Shown: piece after piece, positions 40,441 through 52,864 of the stretch
Numbering within the stretch: the first letter of the stretch is position 1
Layout: the number at the start of each line of letters is the position of its first letter
Origin: Perna viridis
Taxonomy: Eukaryota
Direction: 5' to 3'
NCBI GenBank assembly: GCA_037379345.1
Contig: CM074521.1
Location: 36,418,704 to 36,482,703 of the forward strand
Length of the DNA: 64,000 nt
Program-made: the position numbers and the translations under genes
Notes under the pieces: model-generated
Told to the model about the DNA's origin: nothing
The model's database searches: none
Seen by the model: the letters and a program-made list of their open reading frames with translations, nothing else

Positions 40441-41724
40441 GAACAAGAAGAAACATCGGAGCTTTGAGAAAGAAAGAAAGAAAGAAACGTCTTTTAAGTC
40501 GTAATTATGAGACAAAGGCAGTCACTGTATTGGATACACAAGAGGATGTAGAGGTCTTCATAGCTCTTATAATAAAGAAAAAGTGACTGTAGGGCATTGA
40601 CAATTGCAGAAATGTAATTTACTATGTGTGCATTTTCACTTAACAGGAAGCAACAGTACAAAAATTTTCCGATCACTTGTTTGTTGTCAAAAACAACATG
40701 CACAAAACACTACTAGGAAATCTTATTTCATCAGTAGCTTGATCAAACATTTGATTTCTTAAAATTCATTGAGCCAGTTAAGTAATTTGTATTAAACACG
40801 AGTAATTCTTACAAACCCATTGATTGTTGAAATCATAGCTAGAGGAATAGTATTTCCTTCAGCCCATCCCTTGGAAAGTCTAACAGTTTGAGCCTCTTCT
40901 AGATATTGAAGTCTGTTCATCGTAGGAAATTGCTGTTGTGGTGTTTTTGTAGGAAAAAGTAAAAACTGTGACGGATATTCAGCAGTTTGTTGGAATATAA
41001 ATGTATTTTCTCCTAAATGGGAGAATATCTTAAGTAATATTTCTCCTCATCAGTAGAAAAATGATTATCAATTTTTATCTCCACATTGGGAGAAAATTTA
41101 GGCAGGAAAAGTCCCCAAGTAAAAAATCTTCTGATCGGGAGAATAATTAGAGTATATATACAAAAATGTATGTACACCAAATAACATACTGTTTCAATGT
41201 TTCTGCACAGTCACAGTAGATTTGATATCTGTTTGCCATCTCAAGTGGGAAAGGTTTGCTAAATATAATCACAAGAAACTTATTGACCTATCAGTTACTA
41301 ATATTGTATAAATATGGTGAATTTTAATATGCTATATGTACATTTCAAGAAGTAAACTCTCTTCAGTAGCATGTAAACTGAAACAAAGGAAGTCCGAGAT
41401 CGAAATATATATACATGTATACAGTAAAAGAAAACATTTAAAAATGAGATTCCATTTCTATAATGAGTAACTGAAAGATTGATGTTATGGAGCAAATATT
41501 TATCCCAATAATCATGATTAAATCAAAACAATGTATCTTTTCAGGAGGTCTGGTTCCAATCTTAAAGCTTAAACTTGCAATTTCTTTGGTAGTTTTTCAA
41601 AACATTGTATTTTTAAAATTTCTGCAAATTTTGGCGTCTACTTTTGTATTTTGAAGCTGTTCCGATGACATAAATGTATTAGATACATAAATAAAAAATC
41701 AATTTAAAATTGATATTTTGCAGA

Positions 41725-42530
41725 ATGCCTCTAACAAGAAAAAGTAGGCAAAAACGAGATTTTGATGGAACTTATATAAGAAAATGTGGTGCAATTATTC
41801 ATGACCAGGAATCTGTAGATACCAATGTAATATTATACAATTTAAAGAAAAAAAAAAGGAAAAAAAGTAGTTGAAGATTACATGCGTGATAATCAGATAA
41901 TTTCAAAATATACAAGACTAGTATGCAAAAATTGTTATTCTGCAATAGAACAAAAAGTCTTAATGATGGATGCAAAGAAAATCTCGACAGAAACAGTGTC
42001 TAATTCTAATTTGTCTAATTCTCAAAATCTAATATCAGAATGTATAAATGACTTTTGTGAGTCATTGGAGAGCAGAATAAAAGAAGATATTTCATCTTCA
42101 TACACGAATCAATGTACTTACAGCATTCAACAGTTAATGGCTTAAGAACCAGCTGACTGGCTTGCTGACCGACCACAAGGCCTTGTTCAGATGATACATA
42201 AGTTACAAGGATTTTCACAGACCACTGGCACAAATAAGTTCCAGGCATGTCAGATAGCCAGAGCTTAGAAATTCAAAGCTCATCTTACCTCTATCATTCC
42301 AAGAAAATATATTGATATATTCTATGTCTAGAAGTAAGAAACTTGTTACTCATAATTCAAGAACAAATCCTGCTGGTAGTTATGATACTATATCAAGATG
42401 GATATTTGATCAAGCTACAGATGAAATAAAATTACCTAATGGTGTGGTGCGTGGTGTTTTCGAAAATGAACAAGTGAGGCTGACAGTAAAATGCTGCGTG
42501 AAAATAGGTCAAAAAGTGACATAACTAAAC
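41725..42530 (+). pseudogene. Frameshifted transposase-like relic (possibly Academ-like)
   Basis: RLVCKNCY; SKLILPLSFQENILIYSMSRSKKLV...PAGSYDTISRW...LPNGVVRGVFENEQV. The family assignment is tentative. Confidence 0.4.
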
Positions 42531-44029
42531 TTATAATGGAGCTATTGAACAATATGGAAGACCAGGGGAGGAGTGTTTCCAAACATCAGTCAAGTCAAAA
42601 ACAAAAAATTGTTATATAAGTTTTTACTACACAATTATAGAGTCAATTACAGCAGATGCATGTGTAGATGAACATTAATAATAAAATATCATTCAGATGA
42701 ATAATGACTATTTTCATTTGAGTTAAATTACTTTTATCATTACCATAGTTATATCATTATTAAACCCACCCAAACAAATATAGATTGCATATAGGCAGAT
42801 ACTTCATCATGCTTCAGGTTTTTAATTGTAAGATCTTGTAAGTGCATCTCCTACCTAACCGTTCAAAGGATTTCATTGAAACTTTACATGAAGCTTAGAC
42901 ACATTGTGTAGACACTTAATGAGCTGTGCCCACAGTCTTTCTTGTTTGATTCAAAAAGAGCTCAATTGCGACTTAAGAGGATCATGCTAAATGTGAGCTG
43001 CACTGGTGCATTGATTGTTACTTACCTGTTTCAAAAATGTCTTCCTGCTTTTTGAAAATGTTTTTTGTCTTCTCAGTTTTTCTTTAATGTAATCCTCTGA
43101 GGTAGAGCCTTTGTGATGATTTTTCCTGATCTTTATATATAGATAAAAAACATTTCAAAGCACACATGGATTACATAGTCATGGTCACACATGTAAGTTA
43201 ATTTATATAAAATGAAAACATATGGAGTTGGAGTCAGAGAGACAAAACAGGGAATTTTTGCTTCTTTATTAATTGTTTGGTCTTGTTTATGTGTAATAAA
43301 TTTTAGATAGGAGTTTGTCAAATTGTACACACTTCTAAAAAAAATTGAGTGACTCCAAAGCTTATGACAAGGCGTGGAGACTTCTGCAGCTTAACTTTTG
43401 TTTGTCTTGTATGTAGATTAAGTGAGTGTGGTGTCCTTTGAAACTTGACATATATCTTTCATTAATATTACTCTAGTGCTCATGTGTTGCACAAATGTTT
43501 TAATTGGAATTTCACATTGGCCTGACAGTATTTATGTTCATTTTTAAAACAATACATTTCATGTGTCAATGTACGACATATATCCCATAGGCTTGCTGAA
43601 CAGTTGTTGAGATAAGATTAAGAAGATACATGTAGTTCATATTTTTGTGGGAAAAGTTTTACAATGTCTTCTTAGGAAATTATATGACATAATAAATGGT
43701 AATTACATGTCCTTCTTGACTTGAAATTTCTAGATATTTCAGCCTGATCTTCAGAGTCTGTAAAACTGGGCCCTACCTCTACTTCCACTGTACTTATTAT
43801 CTGTAACCCTCAGAAAAAAAACATTTTATGCTGTTGTAAATGACAATTTTGTATTTTTGTTTAAGTCGGAAAAAATGTGTTTGTAGTACTAAAAGTTTTT
43901 AATATTAAATCTAATTAGGCTTTAGAAAACCTTTAAAGAGTAAATGTTAAAATTCATAATTTTAAATAATGTTAACCAGTAATAAAAAAAGTGCCAATTC
44001 TGAAATTCCAAAATAAAAAAAAACTACAA

Positions 44030-44103
44030 CATTTCATGTTCATTGTCTGAATATAGCTGAAATATTGCTGCTCGGATGTTAAACCCCAACAAACAAACAA
44101 AAC
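44030..44103 (+). mobile_element. 3' tail fragment of the same SINE family
   Basis: CATTGTCTGAATATAGCTGAAATATTGCTGCTCGGATGTTAAACCCCAACAAACAAAC. Confidence 0.85.
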
Positions 44104-44329
44104 ATAAGTGTTATTTCCTGAATGAAATATAGAAAACTTTAAGTAAAGATAACAATTTACTACGTCGGCTATTTTTTTTTTTTAAGATAACACTTGTTTT
44201 AAAATCTGATGTCTATACCTCACTAATCGACCAAACAAAATAACAATTAGCCTCCCAAGACGGCATAATTATTTGGACGACAGTAATTTTTGTTCAATAT
44301 CCCTCAGAGTCAGACTTAATGAGAATTTC

Positions 44330-44800
44330 TCAGCCTTTCTCGTTACACAAAAGAAAAACCTTGGAGGCACAATGTGGAGGAATCTATCTGGAATTTGACA
44401 GATCCAATTCTGAAATTACAATTAAACTAGTTGAATTTTTTCCGTTACTTATTTTGTTAGCTTCTCGCTGCTTGCCAAAATTCTTGAAAGAGTTATTGTT
44501 CTTTATTTTCTAGTTATATCTAACTAAATAGAACCAGTTGATGGATAGAACTACTTTGATTTGCCTATTACTAAAATTCCAGGAAATTTTTCAAGAAGAA
44601 ATTCTCCTTTTTGCATCTGATGTTGTTTTATAGTGTAGTGGAAATGGTAGAGTACATGTATAATTCTGCCATCCTCTACCTTACTTAACCACAGATTGTA
44701 GGAATTCTCATGGGCACAAATTGTAATCCATTTCTGTATTGTTATGAATCTCTAATTTTGTGGCCAAATTTCAAATTGGATTTAATAGACATAATCACTT
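44330..44800 (+). mobile_element. Highly decayed Penelope-like RT fragment upstream of the COASY ATG exon
   Basis: QIVGILMGTNCNPFLYCYES near 44692-44751 resembles the PLE GIPMGTNC..FLYSYE motif. Boundaries are approximate. Confidence 0.55.
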
Positions 44801-44926
44801 GTGAGTTTTCAGGGAGCTGACATTGTTGTTTTTGATCAATTATGACTGTTTTATGTATATATATATAATGCAGATAAATATTGTCTATTGCCTGTAACTA
44901 TGAACTTTTTCTTTCAGACTTGAACC

Positions 44927-45542
44927 ATGCAACAAACTGGACTATTGATATTAACAAGGCCTCTACCACTTTTGAAGTCAGGTGTACAGACCATTTTGGA
45001 AGAAGCCTCATCAGTTGTTTCAAATACACTATATGTACATATACAGCCATCTATGGGGAATTCCAAAGAATTTGCTTTCAGAAATGTTCCATGTTCAAAA
45101 GACTTTAGATTTTTAATGACTCAGTTTTACTCTACTGGTGCTAAACTGTGTAGCAACCTTGATGTACGAATTCTAATGAATCATGTCACCAATTTATCAA
45201 AACCATGCCAACTTTTTTCATTTAAAATACCTTGTGATATTATTTTGATAGATAATCATGACATGGTAGAGAAGTTTTCACAAAATTACAAATTGATATC
45301 ATCTCTATTCAATCAATACCCTGTAAAACGTCCTCTGGTACAAAATCTGAAAATGAAAGTAGATAGTGAAAGTACAAATTCAGATTATAACGATGATGGG
45401 CAATTAAAATCTTATAACAATGTGGTGTTAGGAGGCACTTTTGATAGAATACACACAGGTCATAAAATCATGCTGGCGGAGGGGTGTTTATTGGCAGAAA
45501 AACAACTGACAGTTGGTGTAACAGAACAGAATATGAATCAGA
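44927..45542 (+). CDS. COASY: Bifunctional coenzyme A synthase, coding exon 1
   Basis: Acceptor ctttcAG at 44917, ATG at 44927. Contains the PPAT motif VVLGGTFDRIHTGHK (HxGH). GTAAAT donor at 45543. Confidence 0.93.
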
Positions 45543-46012
45543 GTAAATTTTTTGTATTTATTAATTGAGAGATATGTGGTTTGAAAGTGACACACTCAAT
45601 GAAAATATAACTCTTTTTAACAAAGCAGTATTTGTTCTTGTGTCCACTCTCTGAAAGTACCAGAGATTACCAGAATTAAACTTTTATTGTGGATAATATT
45701 GATAAATCCAGGGAAGAAGTTAATTTAAAAAAAATAAGTGTTATTTTCATGAATCAGTATCTTATTTTACTTCAATTAATGGCACTGACATGTTCTTAAG
45801 TTATTTAACTATAGAAAAAAAGTAATTCCAATGAATTTAGTCGATTTCTAGTACACCATGGGTTTCTGACAGTGACATACATACATTATAGTCCACCAAG
45901 GTTTTTTGACAGTGACTATGTCATAGCGAATACAGTAAACCATTTACCAGCACTTTTACACTTTATTGTATAAACTTAAAATTAACTTTTTTGTTATGTT
46001 TTTGTCTCTTAG

Positions 46013-46227
46013 GAAAGGCTCTTTGTGAACTTATTACACCCACTCCTGTTAGAATCCAAGGTGTAAAGGAATTTTTAGAGGACGTCAAACCAAACATTGA
46101 ACATCGAGTGGTACCAATCTCTGATATGTATGGTCCAACAATTACTGATTCAGAACTAGAATACATTGTTGTCAGCGAGGAAACAAAGAAAGGAGGCGAT
46201 ATGGTGAATGAGGAAAGGAAAAAGAAG
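46013..46227 (+). CDS. COASY: COASY coding exon 2 (PPAT domain)
   Basis: KALCELITP...DMYGPTITDSELEYIVVSEETKKGGDMVNEERKKK; AG/GT boundaries in phase. Confidence 0.95.
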
Positions 46228-46636
46228 GTATATCACATATCAACAGTATCATAAATTATGAACAATAGAAAATTATGTACTGGTAGGATTTCTCAACAAA
46301 ATTAACTAATGTGGATATTTTGAAACCTATTTTATAAAAATACATGTAATTCCTGAAAATTGATGCTCCTTATTTTATTATAACTGAGAAGCCAACCTGC
46401 ATTCACTTTGTCTGTGCTGTGTGGATTGCTGATAAGCTTCAGTTCTAGTAAACACTGTTGTTAGTGTATTAATTTTTGCAGATTCTAATATTGGTGTCAA
46501 TATTTACTAAATAACTACTGTTTGATAAAATAATTACTTTTTGATAAAATAATTACTGTTTCATAAAATAACTACCGTTTCATAAAATAACTACTGTAAA
46601 AAAAAAGAAAAAAAGAAGAAGTTGATTAGTTGATAA

Positions 46637-47192
46637 TATATAGGGTTACCAACGTCGTGATGTGGTATATAGGGTTACCAACGTGGTGATGTGGTATATA
46701 GGGTTACCAACATCGTGACGCGGTATATAGGGTTACCAACGTCGTGACACGGTATATAGGGTTACCAACGTCGTGGCGAGGTATATTGGGTTACCAACGT
46801 CGTGATGTGGTATTTAGGGTTACCAAGGTCGTGATGTGGTACATAGGGTTGCCAACGTCTTGATGTGGTATTTAGGGTTACCAACGTCTTGATGTTGTAT
46901 TTAGGGTTACCAACATCGTGATGCGTTATTTAGGGTTACCAACATCGTGGGTGGTATATAGGGTTACCAGCATCATGATGTGGTATATAGGGTTACCAAC
47001 ATTGTGATGTGGTATATAGGGTTGCCAGCATCGTGATGTGTTATATAGGGTTGCCAACATTGTGATGCTGTATTTAGGGTTATCAACATTGTGATGTGGT
47101 ATATAGGGTTACCAACATCGAGATGTGGTATATAGGGTTACTAATGTTGTGATGTAATATTTAGGGTTATTAATATGATGCCATGATGTGGT
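46637..47192. repeat. 29-bp minisatellite (~19 copies)
   Basis: TAGGGTTACCAACGTCGTGATGTGGTATA units, ending just upstream of the COASY exon 3 acceptor. Confidence 0.95.
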
Positions 47193-47218
47193 AATTATGT
47201 CCTTCATTTACATGACAG

Positions 47219-47350
47219 GGATTTTCCACATTAGAACAACATGTTATTGAATTGGTAGAAGATGCTTGTCATAATCAGTATGAAGAAGAGAAGATAAGTT
47301 CTTCATCCTTACGGAAGAGGTTACTGGGGACTGTTGTTAATTCTATAAAG
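47219..47350 (+). CDS. COASY: COASY coding exon 3 (PPAT C-terminus and linker)
   Basis: acAG|GFSTLEQHVIELVEDACHNQYEEEKISSSSLRKRLLGTVVNSIK|GTAATG; 132 nt, phase 0 at both ends; KISSS motif. Confidence 0.93.
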
Positions 47351-50300
47351 GTAATGATAACATTGTGAAGTTCTTCATCATTATGGAAGAGGTTACTGGG
47401 AACTGTTGTTATCCTATAAAGGTGATGATAACATTGTGAAGATAAGTTCTTCATCATTACAGAAGAGGTTACTGGGGACTGTTGTTAGTCCTATAAAGGT
47501 AATGATAACAATGTGAAGTTCTTCATCATTACGGAAGAGGTTACTGGGAACTGTTGTTAATCCTATAAAGGTAATGATAACATTGTCAAGATAAGTTCTT
47601 CATCATTACAGAAGAGGTTACTGGGAACTGTTGTAAATTCTATAAAGTTAATGATTACATTGTGAAGATAAGTTCTTCATCATTACTGAAAAGATTACTG
47701 TTAACTGTTGTTAATTCTATGAAGTTAATGATAACATTTTGAAGTTCTTCATCATTACAGAAGAGGTAACTGGGAAGTATTGTCAATCCTATGAAGGTAA
47801 TGATAACATTGTGAAGATAAGTTCTTCGTCATTACTATTCTGTTACCAGGTAACAATTTATTTTTCAATTCTAAACATTTTCTATTTTTAGCAATAATTA
47901 TTTGAGGTCTGTTCGATTTCTATTATGGATGTTTCATTCCCGGATAATAAGTTTCCTCATGTTAACAAACCATGTGAACATAAACAATCAACAATTCGTT
48001 TAATTCTATGATAGCTCACGATCTTTTTATCGCTATCATTGTTGAATAAAGACGTTCTATGAGACAATGTTGGTTATGCTATCTGCACTGCTGCAGAATA
48101 ATTACGGAAGAGGTGACTGGGGACTGTTGTTAATCCTATAAAGGTAATGATAACATTGTGAAGATAAGTTCTTCATCATTACAGAAGAGGTTGCTGGGGG
48201 GTGTTGTTAATCCTATAAAGGTAATGATAACATTGTGAAGTTCTTCATCATTACAGAAGAGGTTACTGGGGACTGTTGTTAATCCTATAAAGGTAATGAT
48301 AACATTGTAAAGATGAGTTCTTCATCATTACAGAAGAGGTTACTGGTGACTGTTGTTAATCCTGTAAAGGTAATGCTAACATTGTGAAGTTCTTCATCAT
48401 TACAGAAGAGGTTACTGGGAACTGTTGTTAATCCTGTAAAGGTAATGATAACATTGTGAAGATAAGTTCTTCATCATTACGGAAGAGGTTACTGGGGACT
48501 GTTGTTAATCCTATAAAGGTAATGATAACATTGTGAAGATAAGTTCTTCATCATTACGGAAGAGGTTGCTGGGGGGTGTTGTTAATCCTATAAAGGTAAT
48601 GATAACATTGTGAAGTTCTTCATCATTACAGAAGAGGTTACTGGGGACTGTTGTTAATTCTATAAAGGTAATGATAACATTGTGAAGTTCTTCATCATTA
48701 CGGAAGAGGTTACTGGGGACTGTTGTTAATCCTATAAAGGTAATGATAACATTGTGAAGATAAGTTCTTCATCATTACGGAAGAGGTGACTGGGGACTGT
48801 TGTTAATCCTATAAAGGTAATGATAACATTGTGAAGATAAGTTCTTCATCATTACAGAAGAGGTTGCTGGGGGGTGTTGTTAATCCTATAAAGGTAATGA
48901 TAACATTGTGAAGTTCTTCATCATTACGGAAGAGGTTACTGGGGACTGTTGTTAATCCTATAAAGGTAATGATAACATTGTAAAGATGAGTTCTTCATCA
49001 TTACAGAAGAGGTTACTGGGGACTGTTGTTAATCCTGTAAAGGTAATGATAACATTGTGAAGTTCTTCATCATTACGGAAGAGGTTACTGGGAACTGTTG
49101 TTAATCCTGTAAAGGTAATGATAACATTGTGAAGATAAGTTCTTCATCATAACAGAAGAGGTTACTGGGGACTGTTGTTAATCCTATAAAGGTAATGATA
49201 ACATTGTGAAGATAAGTTCTTCATCATTACTGAAGAGGTTGCTGGGGGGTGTTGTTAATCCTATAAATGTAATGATAACATTGTGAAGTTCTTCATCATT
49301 ACAGAAGAGGTTACTGGGGACTGTTGTTAATCCTGTAAAGGTAATGCTAACATTGTGAAGTTCTTCATCATTACAGAAGAGGTTACTGGGAACTGTTGTT
49401 AATCCTGTAAAGGTAATGATAACATTGTGAAGATAAGTTCTTCATCATTACGGAAGAGGTTACTGGGGACTGTTGTTAATCCTATAAAGGTAATGATAAC
49501 ATTGTGAAGATAAGTTCTTCATCATTACGGAAGAGGTTGCTGGGGGGTGTTGTTAATCCTATAAAGGTAATGATAACATTGTGAAGTTCTTCATCATTAC
49601 AGAAGAGGTTACTGGGGACTGTTGTTAATTCTATAAAGGTAATGATAACATTGTGAAGTTCTTCATCATTACGGAAGAGGTTACTGGGGACTGTTGTTAA
49701 TCCTATAAAGGTAATGATAACATTGTGAAGATAAGTTCTTCATCATTACGGAAGAGGTTACTGGGGACTGTTGTTAATCCTGTAAAGGTAATGATAACAT
49801 TGTGAAGATGAGTTCTTCATCATTACAGAAGAGGTTACTGGAGACTGTTGTTAATTCTATAAAGGTAATGATAACATTGTGAAGTTCTTCATCATTATGG
49901 AAGAGGTTACTGGGGACTGTTGTTAATTCTATAAAGGTAATGATAACATTGTTAAGTTCTTCATCATTACGGAAGAGGTTACTGGGGACTGTTGTTAATC
50001 CTATAAAGGTAATGATAACATTGTGAAGATAAATTCTTTATCATTACTGAAGAGGTTACTGGGGACTGTTGTTAATCCTGTAAAGGTAATGATAACATTG
50101 TAAAGATGAGTTCTTCATCATTACAGAAGAGGTTACTGGAGACTGTTGTTAATTCTATAAAGGTAATGATAACATTGTGAAGTTCTTCATCATTATGGAA
50201 GAGGTTACTGGAGACTGTTGTTAATTCTATAAAGTTAATGATAACATTGTGAAGTTCTTCATCATTATGGAAGAGGTTACTGGGAACTGTTGTAAATCCT

Positions 50301-50395
50301 ATGAAGGTAATGATTACATTGTGAAGTTCTTCATCATTATGGAAGAGGTTACTGGGAACTGTTGTTATCCTACATAGGTAATGATAACATTGTCA
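47293..50395 (+). repeat. 72/77-bp satellite derived from the COASY exon 3 3' end plus splice donor (~37 copies)
   Basis: Unit GTAATGATAACATTGTGAAG(ATAAG)TTCTTCATCATTACGGAAGAGGTTACTGGGGACTGTTGTTAATCCTATAAAG. The first copy is the real exon end. Confidence 0.97.
47836..48100. mobile_element. 265-bp insertion with 7-bp terminal inverted repeats and 5-bp TSD (solo-LTR-like)
   Basis: ATTAC|TATTCTG...CAGAATA|ATTAC, interrupting one satellite unit; AATAAA at 48045-48050. Confidence 0.8.
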
Positions 50396-50660
50396 ATGGG
50401 GAAAATCTATAATCTACTAGAATTTAGGAAATGCTATAAACTTTGAAGAAATATCTCCTCAAACAATATTTAGTATGTTACTGTCATGGAGAAAATATGT
50501 TTTTTTTTTACTTGTTTTCATTACTGGTGCATTTTAATACACTGCTGGATGAGTTTTACTTTTTTCCCTCTTCATGTTTAACAATTACTGATATAAACAG
50601 ATTGGCCTAAGTATCAGCACTTACAAGTAGTTAGTCATACAATAATGTATAATACAAGTC

Positions 50661-50823
50661 AAACAGTAATCAAGGGAACCAAGATTCTAGCGGAAATCAA
50701 ACGAATGTAATCCAGGGACAAAGACCAGACATGGAAAACAGACATACACAAAAAGAACATAAAATAACCAAAATAATACATACTAAGTAACAAAAGTAAA
50801 TGAGCAACTCTGGACTCCACTAA
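50661..50823 (-). mobile_element. Dispersed repeat, inverted copy of ~57971-58136 (probable retroelement UTR)
   Basis: GTAATCAAGGGAACCAAGATTCTAGCGG...AAATGAGCAACTCTGGACTCCACTAA corresponds to the reverse complement of TTAGTGGAGTCCGGGTTGCTCATTT...GAATCTCGGATCCCTTGATTAC. Confidence 0.8.
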
Positions 50824-51523
50824 GACAAGTTTTATTATAGGAATAAAAGCTGAATGAGTTCATCAGTGTTTGAAATAGACCAACTCACTAATAAACTAAG
50901 TAAAGCCAAAACAGATTCATGGAAAGTTTGTGAGAGAGTTGGAATGAACTCCTACAAAACAGTGTCTATTTGTAAAACATTTAAACTTTGAAGCAGTTAC
51001 TTCATTTGAATATGGTGGCTACTACACCATATTATTCAAAAAAATATATTCCTAATTTTTGAACAGGTTAAATAGAATACCCTGGTGTGGGCTAGTTTAT
51101 ACTTTTTATAATTTAATTTCTAATTAATGACAGTCCAAATATTTAAAATAATTAATTCATAATTGAGACATTATTTTATCTGGGATTATTTGAATTGCAA
51201 TGTGCAGACGAATCAAGGTTTATGCATAATGCTAAGCCAGGTTATACAAGATAACCTGGTGTGCTCAAAGAGAACCAACCAATCAGAAAGCTTGTTACAA
51301 ATCAAATTAAATTATAAATTCATACACAGCAACCATTAATAAAAAATAACAAAAACATTGCCAATCAAAATCTTCGTAATTATCAATACTGGAATTTATA
51401 TGGTGTATACACTCTATGGACTGTTTAAGAGATTTGTCACTTTTCAGTTCTGAAATGCAGGAGTTTTTTTGATCATAAGAGTAGCAGTCTTCAGGTCCTA
51501 CAAACGTGGTTATTGTTTTACAG

Positions 51524-51650
51524 GCTAATGATACAATACCAGCTAGACCATATGTGATAGGACTTACAGGAGGTATAGCCAGTGGGAAGTCAGCACTGTG
51601 TGGTAGGCTTGAGAAACTAGGAGCTGCAGTTGTAGACTGTGATAAATTAG
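51524..51650 (+). CDS. COASY: COASY coding exon 4 (DPCK Walker A)
   Basis: ANDTIPARPYVIGLTGGIASGKSALCGRLEKLGAAVVDCDKL(G); ttacAG acceptor and GTATTA donor. Confidence 0.95.
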
Positions 51651-52864
51651 GTATTACAACCAAAAGTAGTGTTATCTAGTAATGTTTCTTGCCTTAATTT
51701 AATACAAAGTATGAATTGTCACAAATTATAATTTTACATTTTTTCTCTGACATTCCAGAGAACACATGTGTATGATCAACATCTTAAAATAATATGAGGC
51801 AGGTGTAACCTGTAAGAGGACAAATTTATATGAACTGCTTTGCTTTCAAATTAAGAAGATGACGTCATAATTTAAGAAGTGGGTATGTTTTACAGATAAA
51901 TTATTTAGAGTAAACTCTTTATAAAAAGAATAATATAGCAAATAGTTCATTCTACTTCGGATTAAATTGCAATATATGGACCAGTTTGTGGCCCCCAAAA
52001 ATTCAATGGACCCCAGCTACATTTCTGTCCATGTAATTAGGGTGACCAAACAGTCCGTATATTGCCATATGACCATCAACATCAGAACAAATTGCTAAAT
52101 TATTACTTTCAATTTTGATACTGACAATATCCTCAGACCTGTGGGATATCATGATGATTGCTGGAGTTCCACATGATAATGTCATATATAAATCAAAAGT
52201 AACTATTATTCTGTTTTTCCAATTATTGCATTTTTTATCATTTTAATATTAATGGATTTCAATGCATAAAGTTTTGAGGGTCCTTTGTCATGCAAAAAGT
52301 GTGACTACTCACTATTGATTATGGACATCATTTTCATTAAAATAATTGAAGATCTGATGACACAATCACTCACAAAGTTCTGACAGATATTTTTGATGAT
52401 CTTGTCATGTACGAAAGATAGAAAAATACCTGTCAACAAGATCAAAGGAAAAAAGTACTGATTATCAATAAAAATCCTGACTGGGTATTACAGAGTAACT
52501 TCTTGTCAGACTGAAATAAGATTTCAGTGCTTTAAGGTCAGAGGTTAAATATTAATTGATTACCATGAGGAGGACTCAGTCTTCTATTAATCACTGATTT
52601 GATCAGGACATCTTGATTTGGATTTGAAAACACAGAGATCTATTTTATTTCCTACTGGTCCATATGATGTCATATGGATTGTCATGAATTTACCTTAACA
52701 AGTAGAAAATTTAAATTTCAATTAAGTATAATGTAATATAATACAATGTATAATGATTAAGTGAAGAAAAGCAGCATAAATGTGTATTCTTTTGTTATCT
52801 TTGAAAAAAAATATATTTATTACAATTTTCCAGATTTTTTCCATCATTATTTTTTATCTTTCAG

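Noticed and set aside
46637-47170. Interstitial telomere
   Set aside because: TTAGGG occurs at most once per 29-bp unit, not as (TTAGGG)n.
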